Part shown: piece after piece, positions 19,107 to 29,754 of the stretch
How positions within the stretch are numbered: position 1 is the first letter of the stretch
Layout: each line of letters begins with the position of its first letter
NCBI GenBank assembly: GCA_016928115.1
Contig: JAFGLI010000022.1
Location: 560 to 64,559 of the forward strand
Direction: 5' to 3'
Length of the DNA stretch: 64,000 bases
DNA from: Candidatus Woesearchaeota archaeon
GTDB taxonomy: Archaea > Nanobdellota > Nanobdellia > Woesearchaeales > UBA9642
The notes under the pieces: generated by a model
What the model was told of the DNA's origin: nothing
What the model saw: the letters and a program-made list of their open reading frames with translations, nothing else
The model's database searches: none
Made by a program: the position numbers and the translations under genes

Positions 19107-20267
19107 ATGAAATTCATTGATGAGATTGATTCTGAAAAATACATAAAAAACAAGAGAGTACTTCTCAGGGTTGACTTTAATGTCCCGATAGATTACAGGG
19201 GATTGATTGCTGATGACTCAAGGATTAAGGAAGCTCTGCCTACGATAAATTATATTCTGGGAAAAAAGCCCGGGCAGCTCATAATAATTTCCCATCTGGG
19301 AAGGCCTGGCGGTGAAAAGATTCAGAAATACGGAATGGAAAAAGTGGCCAAGGCTCTTGAAAAGATTATGAATAAAAGTGTTTATTTTGTTGATGACTGC
19401 TTAAAAGAAATTCCTGAAGATAAAAATATTGTTCTTCTTGAAAACCTGAGGTTTTACAAAGAGGAGGAAAATAATAATAAGGATTTTGCAAAGAAACTGG
19501 CTGAAAAAGCAGACCTGTATGTGAATGACGGCTTTGCTGTCTGCCACAGGAAACATGCTTCTGTCCATTCTGTGACTAAATTCATTCCGGGCACTGCAGG
19601 CCTGCTTGTGAAAAAGGAATTAACTGTCTTAAATGAAAAATGGGAAAATCCTGTTGTCATGATAATAGGAGGAAGCAAACTATCGACAAAACTCAGGCTG
19701 ATAAGGAATATAATAAACAAATATGACAATGTTTTGCTGGGCGGGGCAATGATATTCACTTTTTACCGGGCAATGAACATGGAAATCGGAAAAAGCTTGT
19801 GTGAAAATGAGTATTTAATGGATGCAAAGCTGATGAAAAACAACCCAAAGCTGATACTGCCCGGGGATGTTGTAATTTGCGAAGACAGTGAAGGAAAAGG
19901 TAATATTAAAACTGTTCCGGTTGAGAATATACCTGAAGGATGGATTGGTTTGGATTTAGGGGAAAAAACCATTAAGGATTACAGGAAAAAGCTGAAAAAC
20001 GCACAAACAGTAATATGGAACGGGCCTCTGGGAAAATTCGAGATTGAGAAATTCAATAACTCAAGTTTAAAGATTGCTGAATTTTTAGTTAAAAATAAGA
20101 AAAAAGTAATTATCGGCGGTGGGGACACTCTGAAAGCACTTGAAAAATACAAAAACAAATTTTATTATGCCTCAACAGGAGGAGGCTCTTTCCTGAGTTA
20201 TTTGTCCGGAGAAGAGATGCCTGCATTAAAAGCACTTGATGAGAATGAGGTTGAGTTCTTTCTTTGA
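19107..20267 (+). CDS. pgk: Phosphoglycerate kinase
   Basis: RVDFNVP, SHLGRP, LENLRF, WNGPLG, GGGDT, STGGG. Confidence 0.97.
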   Translation: MKFIDEIDSEKYIKNKRVLLRVDFNVPIDYRGLIADDSRIKEALPTINYILGKKPGQLIIISHLGRPGGEKIQKYGMEKVAKALEKIMNKSVYFVDDCLKEIPEDKNIVLLENLRFYKEEENNNKDFAKKLAEKADLYVNDGFAVCHRKHASVHSVTKFIPGTAGLLVKKELTVLNEKWENPVVMIIGGSKLSTKLRLIRNIINKYDNVLLGGAMIFTFYRAMNMEIGKSLCENEYLMDAKLMKNNPKLILPGDVVICEDSEGKGNIKTVPVENIPEGWIGLDLGEKTIKDYRKKLKNAQTVIWNGPLGKFEIEKFNNSSLKIAEFLVKNKKKVIIGGGDTLKALEKYKNKFYYASTGGGSFLSYLSGEEMPALKALDENEVEFFL

Positions 20268-20270
20268 TGC

Positions 20271-21512
20271 TTATTCTTCCTTAATATTAACCTTAATTTC
20301 GGACAACTCATTCAGAATATTTTTTATTTTGTAGATGTTAAGCATGGGATTTATTGAATCATGCTTGTCTTTAGCATAATTAATTTCTTTTTCCTTGTCT
20401 TTTATCTCACCGTTTATCCTTGCGAGGTTTGCATCAAACTCCCTGATTTTCCAGAAGCTGCTGCTGGCTTTTATCTTCTGGCTTATCTTTTCTGAGCTGT
20501 TTTTTATTTCATTTAGTTCCTTCTGCAAGTCCTTTAATAATTCTGATGTTTTCCCAATCGCACTTATTGTCTTTTCCCTGTCTTTGTTCTTCAGGCTGAT
20601 TTTTCCTGTATCAATCTGTTTCTTTAAGTCATTGAGAACCTTTTTTATCTCAAGGTGTTTATCCTCTGATAATGCCTCGCCAGGATTTTCTATGTATTTA
20701 TTTACCAGTTTATCATTAATCGCATGATTGTATTTTTTAAGTGCTTTTTTTAGTTTTGAGAAATTCTTGCTTATCTGGTCATTTTTCTCTTTTAGTTCAT
20801 TATCTGTTTTTTCTTTTTCTTTTTCAAATTCCCCTAATGAACTGAAATCAGTTGTCTTTTTTAATTTATTCAGCTCTTTCTCTGTTTTTTCTTTCTTCTC
20901 TTTTATTTTGTTTATCTCATCCTTATGCTCATTTATTTCCTTTTCAATCTCTTTTCTTGAGCTTATCTCATCCTCTCTTTTTTTCAGCAATCCTTTTATT
21001 TCATCTATCTTATCAAGGTTTAAATCCTGTAAATTAGAGCTTATTCTTGTTACTATCTTTTCTATCTGGCTTAGTTTTTCAGCCACAAGATTAACCTCGT
21101 GCGCCATGAATTCCTTTAATATGAAATAATTCTTCTGGGTTTTTTCATTCAGTATGTCTATGCTTTCAAAAAATGTCTGGCAGAATTCCTCCAGCTCAGT
21201 ATATTTTTTTGTAGGGTTTAAAGAATGCAGGAAATTTTTTGTATATTCAATGTAATTCTTCCTGTTGCCTTCCATTATCTGAATGTGCCTTGAAGGTATG
21301 TTCTTGTTCTGAAGCTCTGTTGTTTCTAATTGCTCAAGTGCATTTAATGCGTCTTTTTTTAATTCTATTATTTGTTTTACTGCATGGTGCATGTCTATGT
21401 TTATGCTTTCTGACTTTTTGTATAATACATCATTAAGAAAATCCTCTATCTCACTAATCTTTATGGTTTTTTCTTCCTCTTTTTTAGGTTTTTTCCATCC
21501 AAATAATCCCAT
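20271..21512 (-). CDS. Long coiled-coil hypothetical protein (start revised to ATG 21512)
   Basis: K/E-rich heptads; MGLFGW start avoids overlap with rnp4. Confidence 0.7.
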   Translation of the reverse strand: MGLFGWKKPKKEEEKTIKISEIEDFLNDVLYKKSESINIDMHHAVKQIIELKKDALNALEQLETTELQNKNIPSRHIQIMEGNRKNYIEYTKNFLHSLNPTKKYTELEEFCQTFFESIDILNEKTQKNYFILKEFMAHEVNLVAEKLSQIEKIVTRISSNLQDLNLDKIDEIKGLLKKREDEISSRKEIEKEINEHKDEINKIKEKKEKTEKELNKLKKTTDFSSLGEFEKEKEKTDNELKEKNDQISKNFSKLKKALKKYNHAINDKLVNKYIENPGEALSEDKHLEIKKVLNDLKKQIDTGKISLKNKDREKTISAIGKTSELLKDLQKELNEIKNSSEKISQKIKASSSFWKIREFDANLARINGEIKDKEKEINYAKDKHDSINPMLNIYKIKNILNELSEIKVNIKEE

Positions 21513-21575
21513 TTTAAGCCCTTTATGATTAAAATATCCGTCATTTTTATATATTTTATTGTTTTTTAATACAAT

Positions 21576-21896
21576 ATGAACAAGAAAAGAATATTTAAGC
21601 AAAGGCAGGAAAAGAGGAAAAAGATTGCTGCTGAAAGAATAAAGGAATTGTTTAAGCAGGCTGATGAGGTTTTTGATGAAAGCCCTGAATTAAGCAATAA
21701 ATATGTTAATCTTGCAAGGAAAATGGCCATGAAATACAGGGTGAAGATTCCAACTAACTTAAAAAGAAGATTCTGCAAACATTGTTATAGTTATTTTAAA
21801 CAGGGAAAAACCTGCAGAGTAAGGTTAAATAAGGGGAAGATGGTTTATTATTGTTTAAACTGCAAAAAATATACAAGGATTCCTTATAAGAAATGA
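21576..21896 (+). CDS. rnp4: Ribonuclease P protein component 4 (Rpp21)
   Basis: IAxERIxxLF, YVxLARK, KRRFCKHC...CLNC zinc ribbon. Confidence 0.92.
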   Translation: MNKKRIFKQRQEKRKKIAAERIKELFKQADEVFDESPELSNKYVNLARKMAMKYRVKIPTNLKRRFCKHCYSYFKQGKTCRVRLNKGKMVYYCLNCKKYTRIPYKK

Positions 21897-21982
21897 TTTC
21901 TGGAAGTTTAATTGTTAAGAAAAATAATATTTACTATTCAGTAATAAAAAAACTTATAAATAATAAAATATTCTGACCATTT

Positions 21983-23362
21983 ATGAACAAAGAAAATAAA
22001 TCAATAAAAACAATTAACGAGAAGAGGGAATATGAAATATTATCTTCTATTGTAAATAATAATTTCCCAAAATATATAGTTGATATAGGATCTAATGATG
22101 GCATTAACTTATCTAATTCATTCCCTTTTGTTAAAGAAGGATGGCAGGCTTTATTAGTTGAAGCAAATCCTTTTGTCTTTGATAAATTAAAAGAAAACCT
22201 GAAAAATTATCAAAATGTTACTACTTTAAATTGTACATGCTCAAATAATAATGGATATGGTCATTTATATCTAGGAAATGATGGAGAACTGGGACTGCTC
22301 TCTAGTCTATGCACCGATTCAAACCCCTGGTTTGAATATGCAAGATCTGATAAAAAGGTTCAAGTTAAAGTTAAAAAATTAGAAAGTATTCTGGATGATG
22401 CTAAATTCCCTTCTGATTTCGGAATTCTCCTAGTTGATGCAGAAGGAATGGACTTTGAGGTTTTGGAAGGCTTAAATTTTGACAGATATAGGCCAGGCAT
22501 AATTGTTACAGAAGAATATCGTCATAATCTTACAAAACATAAAAAGAAATATCAACTATTAAAAAACAAAGGATATTTATTAAAACACAAAATAAAATGT
22601 AACACAATCTGGGTTAATAAAAAACACAGTAATTCAGATTCTATTTTCAAACATTTAAATGATATGGAAAGAATTCTTCAAAAATACTTGATTCCGAAAT
22701 CATCAAGTCTTATAAAATTCGAGGATATTAAAGGTCTGTTTAACCATAAAAAATATTCTGTTGAATTAATAAAAAAACCAAAATGGGAAGATGACGCATT
22801 GATATTCAAGATTGAACCACTAACCACTGAGTTAACTTATAAGTGGTCCGTAAAGATTCATGAAGATAAATATCCTTTAGCTTCACATGTATGTGATAAT
22901 GAAGAACTTTTAAACAGAATAATCTGCTCAGACAATGCTGCAGAGATAATAAATACTTCCTGTGTAAAAGGTAAAGATATGCAATTCAGGATAACAACAT
23001 ATGATTATTTGAAAGGTAAATCCTTAGACAGTTTATTACCAGATGCATCAGACGAGACTATATTAAAACTTCGTAATGGGCTAAAAAAATGCGTAGAATC
23101 TTTATTAAAATCCGGCGTTAATGTTTTTGTCAGGGACTTAAGCGATTTCATTGTTGTTCCCAAAGGGGATGAATATAAAGTGATTCTTACAGATTTTAAC
23201 GCAATTATGGACTGTTCCAACGCAAATAAATATAGTAGAGAAAAGGTTATGGAAATTATTGGTTGTATTATAAATAAACTCGTAACTGGGGAATATAAAC
23301 CTTTTATTTCACAGAGACCTACAATGATAGACCTTGAGAGTAAAAATGATTTCAGAATTTAG
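21983..23362 (+). CDS. FkbM-family methyltransferase fused to a kinase-like domain
   Basis: VDIGSNDG, LVEAN, VDAEGMDFEVLEG; C-terminal SVKI, YLKGKSL, RDL, LTDF. Confidence 0.7.
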   Translation: MNKENKSIKTINEKREYEILSSIVNNNFPKYIVDIGSNDGINLSNSFPFVKEGWQALLVEANPFVFDKLKENLKNYQNVTTLNCTCSNNNGYGHLYLGNDGELGLLSSLCTDSNPWFEYARSDKKVQVKVKKLESILDDAKFPSDFGILLVDAEGMDFEVLEGLNFDRYRPGIIVTEEYRHNLTKHKKKYQLLKNKGYLLKHKIKCNTIWVNKKHSNSDSIFKHLNDMERILQKYLIPKSSSLIKFEDIKGLFNHKKYSVELIKKPKWEDDALIFKIEPLTTELTYKWSVKIHEDKYPLASHVCDNEELLNRIICSDNAAEIINTSCVKGKDMQFRITTYDYLKGKSLDSLLPDASDETILKLRNGLKKCVESLLKSGVNVFVRDLSDFIVVPKGDEYKVILTDFNAIMDCSNANKYSREKVMEIIGCIINKLVTGEYKPFISQRPTMIDLESKNDFRI

Positions 23363-23412
23363 AAAATTTAAAATTTCGAAGAATTTATATATCTTCTATT
23401 TTTAATCAATAT

Positions 23413-24216
23413 ATGAAACTAACAATTTTGGGCTCTGCAGGAAATATACCTATACCGAGGCCTTTTTGTAATTGCGAAATTTGTAAAAAAGCAAGAAAAC
23501 AGGGCGAGCCGTATAAGCGATGCCTTTCTTCATTGTTTATTGATGATATTAAAACACTGATTGACTGCCCTGAGGACATTGCAGAATCATTAACCAGAAG
23601 GAATGTAAAAGATGTTGATAATCTTTTCATAACACACTGGCATCCGGACCATTGCTTCGGCCTAAGGCTGATTGTTCAGGCACATTATGATTTCGCATTA
23701 GATAAGCCAAACAAACAGATTAATGTTTATATCCCGAAAAGGGTTTATAAAATATTGGAAGAGAAATATTTTGTCATAAAACATTTTTTAGAAGAGAAAA
23801 AGATGGGCAGACTGGTTTTAATTGAGCACGGCGATAAAATCAAATTTAATGATATTACAATAGAAGTTGCAGGCTATAACGGAAAGAATTCCACCCATTA
23901 TGCTTATTTGATAAAGGAGAAGGGAAAGAAGGTTTTATATGCACCGTGCGACACAATAGACTTAAAACAAACATTTACTGATTTGGATTTATTGATTAAT
24001 GAACAGGGCTATTTCTCCCCTGAAATAAAATGGGAAATCTCTTTTGGAAGCCTGATAAAACGATTGAATAAATGGAAGCCTGAAAAGACTATATTAACCC
24101 ATATCTCGGAAAATGAAATCAGAAGATTTGGATGGGAACATTTTGAGAAAATGCAGAAAAAATATCCTGATTTAAATATAGAATTCGCATATGACGGAAT
24201 GGTTATAAATATATAA
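23413..24216 (+). CDS. PhnP-like metallo-beta-lactamase-fold hydrolase
   Basis: LTILGS, PFCNCEIC, THWHPDH, LTHIS, AYDG. Confidence 0.85.
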   Translation: MKLTILGSAGNIPIPRPFCNCEICKKARKQGEPYKRCLSSLFIDDIKTLIDCPEDIAESLTRRNVKDVDNLFITHWHPDHCFGLRLIVQAHYDFALDKPNKQINVYIPKRVYKILEEKYFVIKHFLEEKKMGRLVLIEHGDKIKFNDITIEVAGYNGKNSTHYAYLIKEKGKKVLYAPCDTIDLKQTFTDLDLLINEQGYFSPEIKWEISFGSLIKRLNKWKPEKTILTHISENEIRRFGWEHFEKMQKKYPDLNIEFAYDGMVINI

Positions 24217-24298
24217 AATAGTTAAAATAATATATTTCTCACTTATTAGTAGTAAATAATCGAAACATTTATATATTAGTTTTGCCATATATAGTAAT

Positions 24299-25939
24299 AT
24301 GACAATAAATAATAATCTTGAGGATGAAGTCAAAGAAGGTTTTATGGGAAAAATAGGCAGGAAAGCAGGCAAAATTACGGGCTTCTTAGGTTTATTAACA
24401 GCTTTAAGTCCATTGGGTTTGAAAGCATATTCTATTAATGGCAATGTTAAAGATATTCATGAACACAAAAACATGGCAGATAGAGAGGTTGTAATCAAAG
24501 ATGTTAATGATCCTTCCAGAATAAAAACTGCTTATACAGATGCAAATGGTGATTTTTCTGTTGACTGGTCATTTAACCAGGCTCCTGTAGTTTATAATAT
24601 TTCTCCTGAAAATGGTGCAACAGGGGTTTCAACAAGTCCTGAATTAAAGGTTGTTGGAACAGATGGAGATGATGATCCTTTAAGCATAGAATTCTATAAA
24701 GCTTCAAATGACTCTTTAATAGGCTCGGATAATATTCAAAGCGGCGATACTGCTTCTATTGTGTGGAATAACTTAGATGAATCTACATTATATGAATGGT
24801 ATGTTAAAGCTGCAGATGGAGAAGATACAACCACAAGCAATAAATGTAATTTCACAACTGAATCTAGTGGAGGAATAACTGAGGAAGAGAAAAACAAGAT
24901 AGATATATTCGGAGAAGATAATATTTTAAAGGTTATTGGGGATTATGATGATAAATTTGAAGGAGACATTCTTGATGCTAATGGAAGGAAAGTCGGAGAA
25001 TTAGAAGAAATCATGGGCTCAGAATATGGCTTTTCTGTTTCAAAAGTTCCTCAGGGAGTTTACTTTATGATTTTAAAAAGAAATGGAGAGAATATTGCCC
25101 AAGTTAAGTTTTTAGATGTGGAAAATAAGGTTTTTGGAGTCAGCCCGAAATGGAATATTGAAGAAGATAATGTTTCTTCATCTGATTCATATAAAAAGGA
25201 AACTAACTCTTCAAATGAAAGAACAGAAAGTTTAAAATTAAGAAGTACTAAATTAGACAGTCTGGAATTCCTTATAAAAGGAGATTCAGGAACATGGGAA
25301 AGAGTTACATACAGAACAGCCAATCCTGATGAAACCAATAATTATGATTTTAGTGTTATAGATAAAACTATTTTTGACAGCACCATGATGGATTTTTATA
25401 ATGAAATTACTGGAAGGGGAACGGAATTTGGCACAGCAAGATGGGTTTTGGACACAATACAATATATGGTTGATACAACAGATATGTCACAGGCAATGAT
25501 TAATACTATTGTCTCAATAATTAATGATGAGGTTATTTATATGACTAACAACCAAATAACACCTGTAATTAATTTTACAAACACCCACCCTGAACACTAC
25601 TACGGCGCTGATACAATCAATATTTATGTAGATAATGATATACCTGGAATGGGAGAACATAGTGAAGAATCAATAGAAGGCTATGATAACAATGATTACA
25701 CACTGGAAACAGCTTATGTTAAATTAGTATGTGGTGACTATCTTTACAGGGGAGTAATCTTACAGGAAATACTTCAGACCTTAGGCTGGGTATGTGACTC
25801 TGACCTTGAAAACAGTGTTTTTAATGGAAGTTCTGCCTCACATTATTTAACAGAAGCAGATTCATTATCAAGAATTCTATATTTGAGAAATCCCAAAAAC
25901 ATATATCCGGATGAAGATTCCAAGCCAGAAGGATGGTAA
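24299..25939 (+). CDS. Secreted multidomain protein: Ig/FN3-like, internal T9SS-CTD-like and DUF2927/zincin-like domains
   Basis: Signal segment; NQAP..SPENGA; ILDANGRKV...VPQGVYF; QEILQTLG..DS...SVF. Confidence 0.55.
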   Translation: MTINNNLEDEVKEGFMGKIGRKAGKITGFLGLLTALSPLGLKAYSINGNVKDIHEHKNMADREVVIKDVNDPSRIKTAYTDANGDFSVDWSFNQAPVVYNISPENGATGVSTSPELKVVGTDGDDDPLSIEFYKASNDSLIGSDNIQSGDTASIVWNNLDESTLYEWYVKAADGEDTTTSNKCNFTTESSGGITEEEKNKIDIFGEDNILKVIGDYDDKFEGDILDANGRKVGELEEIMGSEYGFSVSKVPQGVYFMILKRNGENIAQVKFLDVENKVFGVSPKWNIEEDNVSSSDSYKKETNSSNERTESLKLRSTKLDSLEFLIKGDSGTWERVTYRTANPDETNNYDFSVIDKTIFDSTMMDFYNEITGRGTEFGTARWVLDTIQYMVDTTDMSQAMINTIVSIINDEVIYMTNNQITPVINFTNTHPEHYYGADTINIYVDNDIPGMGEHSEESIEGYDNNDYTLETAYVKLVCGDYLYRGVILQEILQTLGWVCDSDLENSVFNGSSASHYLTEADSLSRILYLRNPKNIYPDEDSKPEGW

Positions 25940-25953
25940 TCTAATTCTTATTT

Positions 25954-28812
25954 TTAAATTATTTTAACAGGGAATTTGTGATACTCATCATCACCAAAAA
26001 AATCTGTTGGATGACAGCTATATGTTATTTTCCCTCCGCTATAAGTGAAACAATCATTATCCGCCCACCATGCTGTTGTAAAAGGAGTTCTATCACAACC
26101 TTGGCATTCAGCAGCATCTACACATTTAACGCCATTCCAATATTGGCCACTTGGACAGCATCTTCCATAAGTGTCTGGGTCAAGAGGGTTATCTCCCTGG
26201 GAGCAGTAGGCTTCATCATCAGGAGAGGAATATGAAGTATCTCTGACAGCTCTGTTTACACCAGGAGGTTGTTTACCACATACTGCAGATTTCTTGTTTG
26301 TAGAAGTTACTTTTTTATAACAATCCTCATCTCCACAATCTATCTTACCATCATTATCATCATCTATGCCGTTGTTACAGTTTTCTCTAGGGAACCATAC
26401 AGGGTCTGATGAATCATACATATCATACCATTCACTAAATCCTTCAGTCATGGTCTGGACTCTTACAGTCATGGCTAATGCCTTATTATAAAAATCATCA
26501 TTAATGTTTGAAAGAGTAAAGGTTTTTGTACATCTATAAGTATATCTTCCTCCACTAGTGCCTGTGCTTATACAGGGCATTTTATCAGGAGTATCAGTAT
26601 CATAATAGCCATTGAAATAAACAGTATCTGCAGTAGTACTGGTTTCCCATGCCCTTGTTGCTTCACAATTTCCAAAATTACATTCACCTGCCCATATAAA
26701 GGCAGATATATAATCTAAAGTATTCATGGTTGAACTTATATCACATCTTAATGTTACACTTTCACCCGGAGCAAAGAATCCATTAGTAATTGAACAGGAT
26801 TCAATAATTGGTGTCCTATCACAATAACTACCACTATAATCCTTAATCCATCTCCATCTGCCCCCTTCATAAACACAAGTGTAATCATCCAATACATTAC
26901 ATTCTGTTCCACTGTAACATCTTTCTTCACATCCCCTGGTACTATCACAATCTAAATAATCAATATCACACCTGAATGTACATGAGGACCTTGATAATAT
27001 ACATCCTGGGGGAGTAGAGCTTTCACACTGGTCATAATAATCAGGCCAACACATTGGTTGGTCATAAAGCCCTTCACATCCGGACCCGCCGGAAGGGGAG
27101 CCTGTACATCTGCAAGTGCCATCAACACATGAGCAGGAATTTGCAGAATACAAGGAATATTCACAATAATTATTGTAAGGGTTTGCATGAGAATAATGAG
27201 GATTTTTTACATCCGGAACATTTATTTCACAACTGGCACAATCCGTATTCCCTGTACATGGGCCTTCAACAGGAACACCATATATAGGATATATATCCCC
27301 GTAACAAAAACCCTCAAAAGAGTTTTCACAACAGGCAGTTCTGGGAGCTGAAAAGGTTTGCCTGCATGTAATATCACAAGGACTAATGCCATCACAGTCA
27401 GGATCATCACAATCATATAAATTATCACAGTCATTATCTATTCCGTCTGAACAACAATTACCATAATATGAACAAAAATCATTTTCAGTTTCAGTTCCAC
27501 ATCTTCTATCTGAAGTTAAATCACATTCATTCCAGGGTGGACCACCAGCATTAGGCCTTGTGCCTCCACAACCATCTGTAGTGTCACATTCATTATAATA
27601 CTCACAGGAAACACAAGGACTAATGCCATCACAGTCAGGGTCATCACAATCATATAAGCCGTCGCAATCATTATCAGCACCATCATCGCAATTGGTTTCT
27701 GTGGAAGGAACACTTGTTGTCCACTTCCAATCACCACTGTTGGGCTTTACACAAGTATAACCATCTTTATTATTACATTCTGTTCCACTGTAACATCTTT
27801 CTTCACAACCATCATCATAATTATAATTACATTCAAGATAATTATCATTGCAACTGAACTGGCAGTTCCCGCTGTCTAAGTCACAAGTAGGTTTTGTTCC
27901 CCCCCTACAGTCGGGATCCCAATCTCCATCACATCTACATTTTCCACCTTCACACATACATGTTCCAACACGGCCTTGTTCATAATAACAACTGCTTGAA
28001 ACTAAATCAGTATTAGGAAAACCAGGATCTGAACCAGAGCGGCTACCACATGAATAACAGTCATAAGTATTATAACAATTATTATCAGATGCTGAATTAT
28101 AGCAAGAGGTACTGTAAGAATCAGCACAACACACATCATCAACTACAAAGTCTTGCCTGCATCCGCAATTACAATCAGGATCTTCAATACCTGGTTTACA
28201 ATCTATTCTGCCGTCGCAGTCATTATCTACGCCATCACCACAATTGGTTTCAGGGTCTCCCTCCCTATGTTCACAGCCATTATCCCAATTATCATCACAG
28301 TTTTGCCAGCCGGATTGACATTTAACATTTACAACTAAACATCTAAGAGGATCTGCTCCTAAGAGAGGATCAGGCCAATGCCATAATCTATATCTTGTAT
28401 AGCCCTCAGGTAAATGATTAATTACATCATCAGAACACGGACCAGTAAGCACATCGTAACTAACATGAACACCAGATTTTGCAAACGCTTTAGTGCATCT
28501 TGCAGTATTGCCCCCACCAATACAATTACCAATATCACAAGTAAGCAAACTGATTCCTAAGTCTGGGGAAGAAAGTGAATTACACTCGCTCCTATCATCA
28601 TAAAAATAATATCCGGATGGGGTTGTAATCTGGCTCAGACAATCAGATTCTGAACATACCCCACAATCACTCCAACCAGTATAGATTTTAAACAAAGCAG
28701 AATCTCTGCATAACTCTGATCCTGCCGCACTAACAAAACCAATTGAAAACATAAACATAATTATTACAATTATAAAAAACAACATCTTTCCTTTTATTTT
28801 ATTTAATTTCAT
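25954..28812 (-). CDS. Large secreted cysteine-rich protein with CxDGxDNDCDG repeats
   Basis: Signal peptide; four DGxDxDxDG(x)DC motifs; internal duplications. Confidence 0.85.
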   Translation of the reverse strand: MKLNKIKGKMLFFIIVIIMFMFSIGFVSAAGSELCRDSALFKIYTGWSDCGVCSESDCLSQITTPSGYYFYDDRSECNSLSSPDLGISLLTCDIGNCIGGGNTARCTKAFAKSGVHVSYDVLTGPCSDDVINHLPEGYTRYRLWHWPDPLLGADPLRCLVVNVKCQSGWQNCDDNWDNGCEHREGDPETNCGDGVDNDCDGRIDCKPGIEDPDCNCGCRQDFVVDDVCCADSYSTSCYNSASDNNCYNTYDCYSCGSRSGSDPGFPNTDLVSSSCYYEQGRVGTCMCEGGKCRCDGDWDPDCRGGTKPTCDLDSGNCQFSCNDNYLECNYNYDDGCEERCYSGTECNNKDGYTCVKPNSGDWKWTTSVPSTETNCDDGADNDCDGLYDCDDPDCDGISPCVSCEYYNECDTTDGCGGTRPNAGGPPWNECDLTSDRRCGTETENDFCSYYGNCCSDGIDNDCDNLYDCDDPDCDGISPCDITCRQTFSAPRTACCENSFEGFCYGDIYPIYGVPVEGPCTGNTDCASCEINVPDVKNPHYSHANPYNNYCEYSLYSANSCSCVDGTCRCTGSPSGGSGCEGLYDQPMCWPDYYDQCESSTPPGCILSRSSCTFRCDIDYLDCDSTRGCEERCYSGTECNVLDDYTCVYEGGRWRWIKDYSGSYCDRTPIIESCSITNGFFAPGESVTLRCDISSTMNTLDYISAFIWAGECNFGNCEATRAWETSTTADTVYFNGYYDTDTPDKMPCISTGTSGGRYTYRCTKTFTLSNINDDFYNKALAMTVRVQTMTEGFSEWYDMYDSSDPVWFPRENCNNGIDDDNDGKIDCGDEDCYKKVTSTNKKSAVCGKQPPGVNRAVRDTSYSSPDDEAYCSQGDNPLDPDTYGRCCPSGQYWNGVKCVDAAECQGCDRTPFTTAWWADNDCFTYSGGKITYSCHPTDFFGDDEYHKFPVKII

Positions 28813-28818
28813 TTTTTA

Positions 28819-29703
28819 TTATTCCCACACAGCCACTATTAACTTAACGGGCTGCTCATCCAGTTTAACCAGTCTTTTGTATTGTATTAGATTTTTTATA
28901 TTTGATGATGAAAGTTCAACCATGAAATAAGGCTTTATATAAGGAGTGCCTTCACAGCAGTCTAAGTATATGGCATGAGTATCATTGCCAGGAATATTTA
29001 TTATGACAGTAGAGCCTTCTTTCCGGTTCATACATAATTCACTTGCATTTATATAAACTCCCTCATATGTTTCATCAAAGAAATCACAGTCTCCATCATC
29101 AAAACTCAAACCCTGGCAGTCAGGGTTGCACCTGTTCTGTGAATTTGTGCAGTCAGCATGGCATGTTCCATTTGTCAATATAAAATTTTCTGTATTTGTT
29201 CCTCCTGTATTTATCAGAACCTGTTTTATGACAGTATCATAGCCTTCCTTAACAGCCCTTACATAATGGTTCCCGCTTGGCGCTGTAAGCGAATAAACCC
29301 CCCCGCCGTCGCTGTAAGTTTTGTATTCTGAACTGCCTGCAAACAAGGATATTTCTGCTCCTATTATAGCTATGCCCGGGTCAGAATCATCAGAAACAAC
29401 CCCGCTCAATAATCCCATACAATCCGGGTCAGGGCAATTTGAGCAGTCTGCTGCCTTTCCTGTAGATGCGTCCTTTATTTTCTCAGGACAGACACCATCA
29501 TTTTCACCGCAAAATATATAATTATAACTATTGACAGTTTTCCTGTATATTCCGCTGGGATTTGTTACATTTACACATCCGCACCCTGCATCATTATCAG
29601 CCTCAACACCGTAAATGGGGTTCGTAAGTGCGAAAACATAATAAAGAGATGAACATAATACTAAGAATGCGAATATTCCTAAAAAAACCCTCTTTTTTCC
29701 CAT
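28819..29703 (-). CDS. Secreted Cys-rich protein with a carboxypeptidase-regulatory-like (beta-sandwich) domain
   Basis: Signal peptide; DGVCP, CPDPDC; SGVV..GAEI..TYSD.GG.YSL..GYD. Confidence 0.75.
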   Translation of the reverse strand: MGKKRVFLGIFAFLVLCSSLYYVFALTNPIYGVEADNDAGCGCVNVTNPSGIYRKTVNSYNYIFCGENDGVCPEKIKDASTGKAADCSNCPDPDCMGLLSGVVSDDSDPGIAIIGAEISLFAGSSEYKTYSDGGGVYSLTAPSGNHYVRAVKEGYDTVIKQVLINTGGTNTENFILTNGTCHADCTNSQNRCNPDCQGLSFDDGDCDFFDETYEGVYINASELCMNRKEGSTVIINIPGNDTHAIYLDCCEGTPYIKPYFMVELSSSNIKNLIQYKRLVKLDEQPVKLIVAVWE

Positions 29704-29754
29704 TGTTTCAAAATATGAATGTTATTATTTATAAATTTTTCTTATTAAAATAAT

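Noticed and set aside
26896-27807. 36-46-bp direct repeats (also 52244/52583) as a CRISPR array
   Set aside because: Only two copies each, in frame within coding sequence, with no regular spacers and no cas genes.
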